This document shows, in pieces, positions 50,126 through 61,423 of a stretch of 64,000 nucleotides of DNA (positions are counted from its first letter, which is position 1; each line of letters begins with the position of its first letter). The position numbers and the translations under genes are program-made. The stretch is taken from NCBI RefSeq assembly GCF_004010195.1, contig NC_057719.1:23961629-24025628 (forward strand), written 5' to 3'. The notes beneath the pieces were generated by a model. It was not told where the DNA came from. It searched no databases and was given only the letters and a program-made list of their open reading frames with translations. Source of the stretch: Chiloscyllium plagiosum (taxonomy: Eukaryota).

Positions 50126-50499
50126 TTCTTGGTTAAGACTTCACACCTTACAGTGCTGGTTAAACACAACCTGCAAGTGGCCTTCAAAATCACTGTGACA
50201 GGAAACACTTTCATTTCTAGCTCCTTCCAAAACTCACCTGCTTGGAGAGACTGCTCAATCGGATTTTGCTTTTGGATTTTTTCATGGCAACAGTGCATGT
50301 AATCAATTGACTATCAAGACACTCTTTTCTCGACCAGTCTGGGCCATCAACTGAAAGGGCTTCCATTCCCTCAATCAGGAAGTACATCAGGAGTTTCCAC
50401 TGTGTGCATGCTCACTGTCCTGGCAGCTCTCATATCTCCTTCATCCTCGAACAGCTCATCCTCAGTTCTTCATACCAATGCCAAAGTTCCTGGGTGGAC

Positions 50500-51072
50500 G
50501 CTTTGAGTATAGGAGTTGGAATGTTACATTGAAGTTATACAAGACATGATGGAGTGTTGTGTCTAGTTCTTCAGTGTTATCGGAACGATTTTATTAAGTT
50601 GAAGAGGGTTCAGAAGAGATTTACTAGAATGTTGCTGGGAATGGAGATTTTGACTGATATGGAAAGGTTGAATAGGCTGGGACTGTTTTCACTGGAGTGT
50701 AGTAGGTTAAGGGATAACATTATTGAGGTTTATAAAATCAAAGGGGACAGATAAGGTGAATGGCAGGTGTCTATTCCCTCTGGTGGGGGATTTCAAGATG
50801 AGGGGGCATATTTTTAAGGCTGAGGGGGATAAAGGTTTGAAGAACACATGGGGGTAATTTTTTAAGTCAGAGAGTGATTTGTGTGTGGAATGAACTTCCA
50901 GAGAAAATGGTGGAAGCAGGTGCAGTAATATTAGATAAGTACATAAATAAGAAAGGTTTGGAGGAATATGGGCCAAGTGCACACAGTTCAGAATAAATTA
51001 CTTTGGGGATTATGGTTGGCATGGACTAGTTGGCAGAAGGGTCTGTTTCCATGCTGTATGACTATGACTCTA
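50500..51072 (+). mobile_element. CR1 3' fragment nested in the Harbinger relic
   Basis: [15 protein letters not shown]; tatgactatgactcta tail. Confidence 0.82.
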
Positions 51073-51948
51073 TTCCAGGGAACAAGAAAACTCTGCTCAG
51101 GCTTCAGGACATGGCTGTTCACCATTTTGTTTTGTTAGAACCCCTGACAGAGGCACAGAGGCAATATAACCAATCTCCCATGTTCAGTCTCGCACCCACT
51201 GATTTGGCATCTGGGTTTCAGAAGATGCATTTCCAGGGCCTGGACTCCAATACCCCTCTGAACAGTTTTCAGTTATTGTGATGGTGTGTTGTCCCTTCAG
51301 TAAGATTGCCTTCCAGAAGGAGTGTGGACCTGGAGGTGGATGAAGCCCTTTCAAGAGGCACCTCATTGAGAAACAACATAGATGAGAGGTGGAGAAATTG
51401 GAACTCGAGACAGAGGATGCTGACCATAAAGGTGTCCAGCTTTTTAAACATTTTATGGGTAACAGTGTCGCTGAGTAGGCCAGCAATTACTGCCCTTCCC
51501 AATTGCCCAGAGGGCAACTAAAAGTCAGCCACTGTGGATCTGGAGTCACATGTAGGCCAGACCAGGTACAGGATGGCGGTTTCCTTTCCTTAAAGGACAT
51601 TAGTGAACCAGGTGGGTTCTTCCAACAATCAACAATAGATTCATGGTCATCATTTGACTTTAATTTCAGACTTTCTTAAATTAATTTCTACCATCTACCA
51701 TGGTGGAATCAAACCTAATTCACAGAACATTACCTGAGCCACTGGATTAACAGTTCAGTGATAATATCATTAAGACATTGCCTCCCCATTGCACTCCCAA
51801 ACTTGTGGCCATAGTTTGTAAGTTTGAAAGGCCAATGTGTCACAAAGGTCTATGATTTTTTGATTTACCAAATTTTCAAACTAGCCACTCTGACCCAGAT
51901 TGAAGGGCCGGGACAAGAAAGGGAGCCTGGGAGGCCCACATTAATACC

Positions 51949-52812
51949 TGCAGGAAAGGCACAACCAACTTCATTTAACCATTGACTGCCAATGGAGGAA
52001 GTATATCTGTCCAGACTTGCACTCTTGCCAGAGGATGTCTTTCACTGCCTCAAAACATGCTTTCCCTGACACCAGGAATTCCAGGGGAAAATAATTGACA
52101 AAGTCAATAAGAAGGTACTCCAGTGACTCGTATCGGGTTCTGAATTAGTGGTCTCCTCTTCCAGGAAGAAGACCTCATTCTATTCCCTCATTGCCTTCAA
52201 CATAATATCCAAGTTGTCATCAGTGAAGATATTGTGACAGCCTCACCACAGATGCCAGGCTCCATCTCTCCTGCGAAATCTCCCTTCCCTCTGGGGCAGT
52301 GGAAGGTTATGGCATAATCAGCAGATGTCTCCTTAAAGACAGCCAGCAACCTCAGTGATGGGGTACCTAAATGAGTCCTGTGCAGGAAAGGCACAACCAA
52401 CATCATTTAACCATTGACTGCCAATGGAGGAAGTATATCTGTCCAGACTTGCACTCTTGCCAGAGGATGTCTTTCACTGCCTCAAAACATGCTTTCCCTG
52501 ACACCAGGAATTCCAGGGGAAAATAATTGACAAAGTCAATAAGAAGGTACTCCAGTGACTCCTATCGGGTTCTGAATTGGTGGTCTCCTCTTCCAGGAAG
52601 AAGACCTCATTCTATTCCCTCATTGCCTTCAACATAATATCCAAATTGTCATCAGTGAAGATATTGTGACAGCCTCACCACAGATGCCAGGCTCCATCTC
52701 TCCTGCGAAATCTCCCTTCCCTCTGGGGCAGTGGAAGGTTATGACATAATCAGCAGATGTCTCCTTAAAGACAGCCAGCAACCTCAGTGATGGGATATCT
52801 AAATGAGTCCTG
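51949..52812 (+). repeat. Tandem duplication, 432-bp unit x2
   Basis: tgcaggaaaggcacaaccaac at 51949 and 52381; about 7 substitutions seen between copies. Confidence 0.93.
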
Positions 52813-53284
52813 TGTATCAGCTAACTCACTCCCATTCTTACCCTCACTGGCTCTAATTGAACAAGAAGCCAGTCTCCTTATCAATTCCGGGTTCAACCCA
52901 TCACAGTCTCAACTTTAATCAGTTTGGCCCAGTTAAAGTGTGACTTTAGCACTTTAGCTGAGGCAAACCATTCAGTCCATTGTGTCCTCTTCACAACTTG
53001 TGTTCCCTTTTGTATCTTTAGCAAAGTTGGCTGCAGAACACTCGGTCCCTTCACCTAAGTATTAATGATAAATTGCCAAGGTCAACGTGGCGCTCAACCG
53101 CTCTGCTTTTGGCTCCTTGCAGTCTCCCACAAGGAGTATCAGTGATGTCAGGCAGGCTGTAGTCCATGTATGTATTAGCCAGGTTGTGAAGACATATGAG
53201 GCAACTTAGCATAATGCACATGTGGAGGAAAAGAAGCAGCAAGTGTCTACAAAACAGTACATTTGTAATGAAAAAGGCTTCAAA

Positions 53285-53612
53285 TCATAGAAACCCTAGA
53301 GTGGAAACAGGCTATTTGACCCACATTCGAGTCCACACTGACTCTGCAAAGAGCATCCCACCCAAACGTCGCCACCCTCCCACCCCCAATTCTATCCCTA
53401 TAACCCTGCATACGCCATGGCTAATTCACCTAGTCTACACATCCCTGGAGACTATGGAAGATTTAGCATGGCCAATTCAGCTAACCTGTACATCTTTGGA
53501 CTATGGGGGGAATTCAAAGCAAACCAGGGTAGAATGTGCAAACTCCCCACAGTCGCCTGAGGGTGAAATCGAACCCTGGTGTTGTGAGGCAGCAGTATCA
53601 ACCATATCACTC
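53285..53612 (-). mobile_element. HE1/V-SINE-like SINE
   Basis: gaatgtgcaaactcc, tgtgaggcagcagt; reverse complement of 38007-38325. Confidence 0.75.
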
Positions 53613-54379
53613 CATGTGCAATGTGAGCAGAATATGTTGTAGTGAAACATCCAGTTATGATTGGAGGACATCCAAGGATGCAAGGGAAGGAATGTTGGTG
53701 CTGGGTTTAACTTGAGCAGCAGAGGTGCTCTACAGGGAGGAGCAAAGCTGTGAAAGCCACTTAGCAGATTCCAACAACAGTCATTATAGCAAGACCCATA
53801 ATCTTTTCTCTGGAGTAAAAACAGAACATGTTGGAAACATTCAGCTGGTCAGGCACCATCCATGGAGAGAGAGAGAAACATCAGTGCAAATGCTGCTTGC
53901 TCCACACCCAATATCCATACCACACAATCGGACCAGGGAGCCCAGGCAACAAATCGTAACCACAAGTGTGACCTTCCTGTGCCTCAACACTAGAAAGCAG
54001 ACAAGATGTTCCAGATGTAACATTCCAGATGTTCCAGGGACATGGATCCAGACACTAATATGCAATATGATCAGTGGCAGAGTAATGACATGAACTACAA
54101 AGTGAAGCAATAACAATGAGTGTTGAACTAATCTACAAAGGAGCCAAAAATGTACAAAATCCCGGTGGATTGGGAAAAAGAATTTCTGTTCACAACTGTA
54201 AAGGATAAGAGTGTTTACCTTATATGTCACCAATGTATTTTTTTTAATATAATTTTTTTCAGCATGGAAACAGACCCTTCGGTCCAACCCATCCATGATG
54301 ACCAGATATCCCAACCCAATCTAATCCCAACTGCCAGCACGAGGAGGGGAATTTGAAACGACAACATCCACTTTTATCC

Positions 54380-55420
54380 AAGTTAAAAATCACACAACAC
54401 CAGGTTATAGTTCAACAGGTTTATTTGGAAGTACTAGCTTTTGGAGCGCTTCTTGTTTATCAGGTAACTGTGGAGCAGGACCATAAGATACAGAATTTAT
54501 AGCAAAAGATTATAGTGACATGCAACTGAAATGATACATTGAACAAACCTAGATTGCTGTTAAGTCTATCATCTTTTAGAATGGTTTGCAGGTTTAGGTT
54601 CATTAATATGTAAATCCCAGAACTTCTTTTAAGTCATATTCTTGAGATAACTGAAGGTTTTATTTAAAAAAAAGTGGCATCTCGGCTCAGACAATGCATT
54701 AAAGGTGCGAATTTAGAGTCTGTTTGTATCCCAATTTTGAGTCAGACTGGTTCTATTTCCAAAATGGAATTTATAAAATATTACATGGATTGACTGCCTG
54801 CATTGACTGCTGTGCAGATTGTACATCGTTTTGAGAAAAAATACAGTGCATCTGCAAATATAATTCTGCAAATACAAATTCACCCCATAGACTTATATGT
54901 GTGTGTGTGTGCGTGCAGGAGAGAGAGAGAAAGTGTGAGTGTGTGCACGTGAGTGTGTGTAAGAGAGTGCGTGTTTGCGTGTGTGCATACTTGGTAAAGT
55001 GTGTATGTGAGCGTGATGGAGTATAAACCTGTGAGAGTGTGTGTGTGTGTGTGGTGAGGCTACCTAGCTACCTATAGTGTGACATGAACCTAAGGTCCTG
55101 GTTGAGGCCATCCTCATGTGTATAGAACTTGGCTATCAGCCTCTGGTCGGCCACTTTGCGTTGTTGCCTGTCCCAAAGTCCGCCTCGAAGGATGGTCACC
55201 TGAAGATCCGAGACCGAATGTCCATGACCGCTGAAATGTTCCATGACTGGGAAGAACACTCCTGGCCAGTGATTGTTGTGTGGTGCCCATTCATTCCTTG
55301 CCATAGTGTCTGCTTGGTCTTACCAATGTATCATGCCTCGGGGCATCTTTGCCTGTAGCGTATGAGATAGACAATGTTGGCCGAATCACAAGAGTACCTG
55401 CCATGTACATGGTGGGTGGT
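54380..55420 (-). mobile_element. Penelope-like element 3' part (GIY-YIG endonuclease, GT/GA microsatellite, pLTR)
   Basis: Minus-strand NIVYLIR...CPEA*YIGKTKQTL..MNGH and EHFSGHGHSVSDLQVTIL...RLIAKFYTHEDGLN. Confidence 0.8.
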
Positions 55421-55562
55421 GGATCCTCCACATCATGACTTTTTATTTAAACCAGCAGCAAAAGCCTGCATTGAAGCATCATTTCATGTTTGCCTACTTC
55501 CAGTAAAATACGAGAAATCATTCACAGATGGTTAGGTATTTAAAGAAGCAATGACTGTGGTT

Positions 55563-56050
55563 ATAGAGTCATAGAGTCATAGAGATGTAAAGCATGGAAA
55601 CAGATCCTTTGGTCCAACCTGTCCATGCCGACCAGATATTCCAACCCAATCTAGTCCCATCTGCCAGCACCCGGCCTATATCCCTCCAAATCCTTCCTAT
55701 TCAAATACCCATCCAAATGCTTCTTAAATGTTGCAATTGTACCAGCCTCCACCACATCCTCTGGCAGCAAAAACAGCAAAGGCAGTAACTGTACAGGTTC
55801 TCTCTCTCTCCCTCTCTCTCTCTCCTGCACAGTCCTCACCATGTGCTTCTTTTGTCTGTTCTTCTCCCTTTTAAAACTGCTGTTGTTTTGACTTTTTTTT
55901 CCCAAAGTTCCAAAACAATGCAACAGCACATAAAACAGTAATTGCTGCTCCTGGAATTTGAAGAAATCACCTCCAACACCTAAAATACCTCAAAAAAAGG
56001 AGCAGCTCTTACAGCCAGAAATTTTTCCCATCCTCCATCTTGGATTACCC
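55563..56050 (-). mobile_element. Internally deleted CR1 derivative: 5' UTR (56050-55769) fused to 3' end (55768-55563)
   Basis: 55769-56050 aligns with 34020-34310; 55563-55768 aligns with 29213-29411. Confidence 0.8.
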
Positions 56051-56309
56051 GTCCTCCATCCGGTTGTTGACAATTTATTCAAAGATTTTTAAAAGCAAAG
56101 AAGAAATAATAACAGAAATTCACAACATGTCATTTGGTGGTTCCACAGTCACAAGATGAGTAGAATCTTGTCCAAAGATATCTTTCAATAACCACAGCAG
56201 GAGCAGAAGGACTGTGAACGCCCCTTGTTGTAGTTCAATAGCTGTATCGACATGTCCGATACCATCTGATCCTTTCTGTATACATGCTTCATAAGGACAC
56301 CCTGGTCCA

Positions 56310-56518
56310 TTTCCCTCTGACTAATGCACCTAATACTATAGGCAATTTAGCATGGCCAATTCACCTTACTTGTACATCTTTGGACTGTGGGAAGAAACAC
56401 ACACATACAGGGGGAGAATGTGCAAACTCCACACAGACAGTTACCTGAAGCTGGAATCAAACCTGGGTCCCTGGCGCTGTGAGGCAGCAGTGATAACCAC
56501 TGAGCCACCATGCCACCC
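56310..56518 (-). mobile_element. HE1/V-SINE-like SINE, truncated
   Basis: gagaatgtgcaaactccacacagacag...gcgctgtgaggcagcag. Confidence 0.8.
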
Positions 56519-57288
56519 ATTTGATAGCAGTTTCAAACTACAAGCCAGACTTTAAGGGACTGGCAGGTAATATACAGTCACATGTGTCACCCTGAAATTT
56601 GGTGAGTGAAGAACAAAATTAATAATTGCATATCCATGGTTTTAGATTTCAAATGCTATCAGATCAATTCTTTACTTTCTATCTGCTGTACAGATTGTGA
56701 TCCAATTCCAGTTACTACATCTTTGATGGTAGCAGCTGGAAAATGAATTTCCCAACAGGATTATGGGATTTTTAGTTATCATTAAGTGGAGCTTTGATGG
56801 AACACTGAACCTGAGTGACTACGTGAGTTTTCTCCATGTTCTGCTCCAGTGGTCAGTCTATCCAACTGATTCAGCAAATGAACTGCTGTGAACTTTTAGT
56901 GTTTCCAGTTTCTTAAAAAATTTAGATTATAAGTATTTACATTTTAATAACAACGTTGTTATTAACACTTGTGTATAACATGATTGAAGTTGAAATCCAG
57001 TTAATATATTTTTGGGAATATTGATTTTGGGAATTTTGGGAATCTGTGGCCCACCCAATGACATTGTCATATGTTTCATTTTCATGGTCGGACCTTAATG
57101 ATACAGATTGCTGAGTTGCAAATTATAATTATAATCCCTGTTGGCAGCTCTCTTTCGGTACAAATCCAGTGGGGTTGCTGCTTTTTTAAAAGCAGCTCAA
57201 AACTCTGGAAAGGGAATTGCATTTTCCACAAGTTGGGTGATGGTGCTCAGTTTTTTGAAACTGCTATTGGTAACTTGACTGCAACCAG

Positions 57289-57384
57289 TCCTGATGAAGG
57301 GCTCCTGCCCGAAATGTTAATTTTCCTGCTCCTCGGATGCTGCCTGACCTGCTGTGCTTTTCCAGCATCACTCTAATCTTGACT
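57289..57384 (+). mobile_element. Short PLE-derived element beginning at its hammerhead motif
   Basis: CTGATGA 57291-57297 then a-GGGC-tcct-GCCC-GAAATGTT; flanking 15-bp repeat cttgactgcaaccag 57274-57288 / 57378-57392. Confidence 0.8.
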
Positions 57385-57904
57385 GCAACCAGACCAGCTC
57401 AAGTGCTGAGTTGGTGGCCATAAAGTTTGTTGTATGCAATGGAAAGAAGTAGACAGGACATATTCAGGTACCAGCATGTTATAGTATTGTGGTAGTGATA
57501 TCATACAATATGATACATTTGTAATTAGATGCCAAATGGTAATATTGAAAGATCTTCAAAGTGTATCACTAATATGTAATCAGACAAGGAAAGAGATATT
57601 AGGGGGGTTACCGTATATTTGGTTCAAGTGCTGGAGTAAGACCATAAGATCATAACAAATAAGAATGAAAGGAGGCCATTTGGCCCCTCCAGCTTGTTGC
57701 ACCATTCAGAAGGATCATGGTTGATCCAACATTCCTCATGTCCACTTTCCTGTGTTTTCTCCAGAAGGTTTGATTCCTCTAGAGGGGTTGTGGGTCAGGG
57801 AACGGCTGTGCCTAGCAGCCTGTCAATTTTCCCCGTCGTGTATAACAGCTCCCTCATGCTTTTGGATCAAGACAAAAATAGAACTGAAAATATATCCAAG
57901 CTAG

Positions 57905-58105
57905 ACTCTCTGTTCAAGCTCAATAGACTAGATAGTGACACTACATTGAGTAATGTGTACTTATTATTAATGGTTAACCGGCAAAAAAGTGGCTTGTTTA
58001 CTCAATTGGCTTTTTTCCACAACTCATTATCCATCAGAACGATGTTGCAAGGCATGTAACAGTAAAAAAAGACTGTTGCTTTCAGCACAAGCAAGAAATG
58101 TGAGT
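57905..58105 (+). promoter_or_regulatory. Candidate SERPINA10 promoter / non-coding exon 1
   Basis: HNF1-like ATTAATGGTTAAC 57966-57978, FOXA TGTTTAC 57995-58001, TGTTGCAA, and a possible donor GTGAGT 58100-58105, 2.6 kb upstream of the coding exon. Confidence 0.4.
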
Positions 58106-59974
58106 GGTAAGATTTGATGCAGCAATAGTTTGTGTTGAATCTCTTTTCTAGTGTTTTGCCGATTGATTTATCATTTGTACGATAATATTAAAATTAAATC
58201 CATAGCTTGCATGGATTTAGATAGCTGTTTGGGAAGGCTGAGTTAGAATCAAGACCAACGAATTGGTAAAGTGGTAAGTGAATTACTGAACTACTGTCGC
58301 TGTTGTCCATTCAAATGAGCTGCTCTTAATTCTGTATCACACTGTTCCCTTGGAGAATAGCATGAAGTATTGAAGAGGCTGAGTAACAAAAGTCATCCAT
58401 GAAGCAAACGTTCCCTCCATGGTGGATTGCATCTTTTTATATCAGTTATAAGATGGCTATTCCTGAATGACAGGTAGATTCTATGTGCTCCTACAAAATA
58501 TACCATGACTGGGAGGTTTGGGGGGAATGTGGCCAACTCTAGTCACATCCACTGAAACTGGATGACAGTCTGGTACTTAGAGCCAGAGCTTCAGTCTCCA
58601 TTCATCAGCACTTTCAAATACGGGGTTCAGATTCTGCATCTTATAACACGGAAATAGAAATGCTGCCACTGAACAAAGACTTATTCCATCAAATAGATGA
58701 TATGGAAAGTTGAAAGTCCAATGTATTGAGATATTTGCTTTACAGATGTTGATGTGTTTTAGCTAAAATTCACACTTCATTAATTTAGTTTGATCTACAA
58801 CTATCCATACGTGAACACTTTTATGTGAATAACATTTTTATGTTAAAACATGGAGACAAAATGCTCAAACATTGAAAAGTACACAAAGTCAATAATATTT
58901 CCAGCCAGCCATACTGTTCAAGATTCTGGACTGGGCTACGTCTACACATTGGTTAATGTGTACTGACTATTAATGGGTAATGTGCAGAAGATGGTTTGTG
59001 GAATTATTTAATTAATTGGCTTTTCTCCATAACTCACTATCCATCGGAACTATGCTGCAAGGTATGCATCATTTAAAAATCACTGTTGCCTGCAGGAAAA
59101 GACAGATGAGATTTGATAGTCATTCATCATTTTGGATAGCAGTACAGGCTTCAATAGTAGGAACTTTAAAAAGTGTTAAGTTCATAATTGTGAAGACTCA
59201 TGTATTATAGTTAACATTATTTAATTATTCTCTTCCTATGCAGAACATAGGTGACAAATAATTAATGAAGTGCTGGAATTCTGCAGACAACCTAAACCTG
59301 CATAAGTTAAAGTTGTAATTGAAGCATGTTTTAAGGTTTTTGGAATTTAACTTGTTCCATCTTCTCAATATACATTGTGCAACAACAAATTTGTTCTAAA
59401 GATGTATCTTACAACATTGACAGTTCTTGGCTCCTTGAATCTATGATCAAATGGGAAAGAACTTTTTCTGAGTTTTGTCTCATTGTGTGGCAGTGTGACA
59501 TTCTTTATTTCAAACAGATTTCAGGAAACTATAATGAAAGAAAGAAACGAAACAGACTATAAAAGATATTTCTACTTATATGAAAAAAAACCTGCAAACA
59601 CTGGTTAAGTGTGATTCTCAACACATTTCACCACACAGCAATGTTGAAAACTGGCAATCAACACAAAACATAATACTTATCACTCCATAATTAAAGGTTC
59701 AATGAATCATTTAAACCTAACTATGATTTAAGAATACTCTGTCTCTACTAAGCTGGATGTTTAGGCTCAGTTTCCATTCAGTTTAACCTTAACATATAAA
59801 CCAAGTTATTTATTTATTGAGCTAATGCCTTAGATTGGACTTCTTAATTATAAGAAAGAAGATGTCAAAATACACTTCTTTCACATGACCCAACTACCCG
59901 CTACCTTCTCTGATAATTACCCACTCATTCTTCTTTCTTAAGCCTGATGCTGGCAACTTGACCATACTTCTGTC

Positions 59975-60092
59975 ACCTAGCTACCTGACGAAGGAGCAGC
60001 GCTCTGAAAGCTTGTACTTTCAAACAAACCTGTTTGACTATAACCCGATTTTTAACGTGTTCACCGCGGTCCAATACCGGCACCTCCGCATC
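59975..60092 (+). mobile_element. PLE pLTR fragment with hammerhead motif
   Basis: CTGACGA 59985-59991, a-GGAGC-agc-GCTCT, GAAAGCTT 60006-60013; matches the terminus at 54380-54465. Confidence 0.7.
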
Positions 60093-60738
60093 ATCACCTC
60101 TAATCTTGATTAATGTTCTCCTTGCTGGTCACTCATCATCCTATTCTCATGTAACAATTTATCCAAAACTCAGTATCCTTTCTCTTTTCTACATTAAAAC
60201 CGATTGGGCCTTTATCCTAACTGATTTCTCCTGTCTGCTTACTGTTTACCCTATTAAAATTTGCATTCTCAATACCACTTCAGATCCACCCTATTTCTAC
60301 GAAAGTATTTCTATAACCTCTGACATTGTATTCCCTCCTACAGCCTTTGACCATGGGCCTTTGTGCATCTACTCTATTCTTCTTTTTGGCAACAGTCTTC
60401 AACTATCTTAGTACTTTTCTTTAAATTCCTACTCTAATAACCCCACCTTAAAAAAAAATTCCAAACCCATCCTTTGATTGAGTTTTGGGTCATGTCTGAG
60501 GTCTACCTCTTTCAGACAGAATCTCTGTTCTTTTACATGTTTTGTTTTCTTTTCCTTGGCAAATAGGCATTGAAAAAATATTCCAGTGCAAGATTGTACT
60601 ACATTTGTTCATTACAGCTTGCCAAGATCATGTATGATTCACTACTGCAAATATAATGACTTATTATTAAACTAATATTAATTTATTATCCAGAATGTTG
60701 CTCTGCAGGTAATTCTGAGATCATCAAGACAAGAAAAA

Positions 60739-61423
60739 ATGAAAGCAGAAATTTTTATCCTTCTGATAAGTGGTGAATTAATGATCACTATGATGGCACA
60801 GCAGCACCATTGCAGCCAGCTACAGCAGCCTCGGAATTTTAGTTCAGATTCAGAACATAATGCTGAAGCCATACTTGCACCAGAAGCACCAGAACCAGTC
60901 CCCGATATGCAAGCAATCTACACATTGACAGAAAAAAACAGGGAATTTGGTTTTAACCTCTACAGGAAAATAGCAAACCTACATGAAGACAATGTGTTCT
61001 TTTCACCTATTACCATCTCCACAATGTTTGCCATGATGTCCCTTGGTGCTAAACAAGTTACATCTGATGACATACTCCAAGTCTTGAACGTAAAAGATTT
61101 GATCAAAATGAACAACCCATACCTGTTGCACACATTGTTTCAGTGGCTTCACTGCAATGTTAGCAGCAACAAAGATCTCCTTATCTCAGAGGGAATTGCT
61201 TTGTTTGTACAAGATGACATTCATTTGAAACCAACATACATCAATGATGCTTCTTATTTTTATAATGCTGATATAATTCCTGTAGATTTTCAAGATGCAG
61301 CCAACGCCACAGATATCATTAATCAATATATCGACAATAGAACAAATGGAAAAATCAACAAGTTGCTTGATTCTGTGGATAGCAAAACCAAACTTCTTTT
61401 TACTAATTACATCTTATTCAAAG
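60739..61423 (+). CDS. SERPINA10: SERPINA10 coding exon 1
   Basis: Likely acceptor ctctgcAG ends 60708; ATG 60739; donor G|GTAAGA at 61424, phase 1. Confidence 0.9.

Larger units (their letters stand above)
48760..51420 (+). mobile_element. PIF/Harbinger DNA transposon transposase relic, split by two CR1 insertions
   Basis: Collinear decayed motifs LQVAFKIT..FISSSFQ (~50170-50230), IN*KGFHSLN (~50346-50375), VHAHCPGSSHISFIL (~50404-50448), PLTEAQRQYNQS, GFQKMHFQGLD (~51140-51245). Confidence 0.65.

Noticed and set aside
57694..59210. Repeated peptide AF(F/L)HNSLSI(R/G)TMLQGM as a duplicated coding exon
   Set aside because: The duplication has indels and no splice framework or protein similarity; better explained as non-coding
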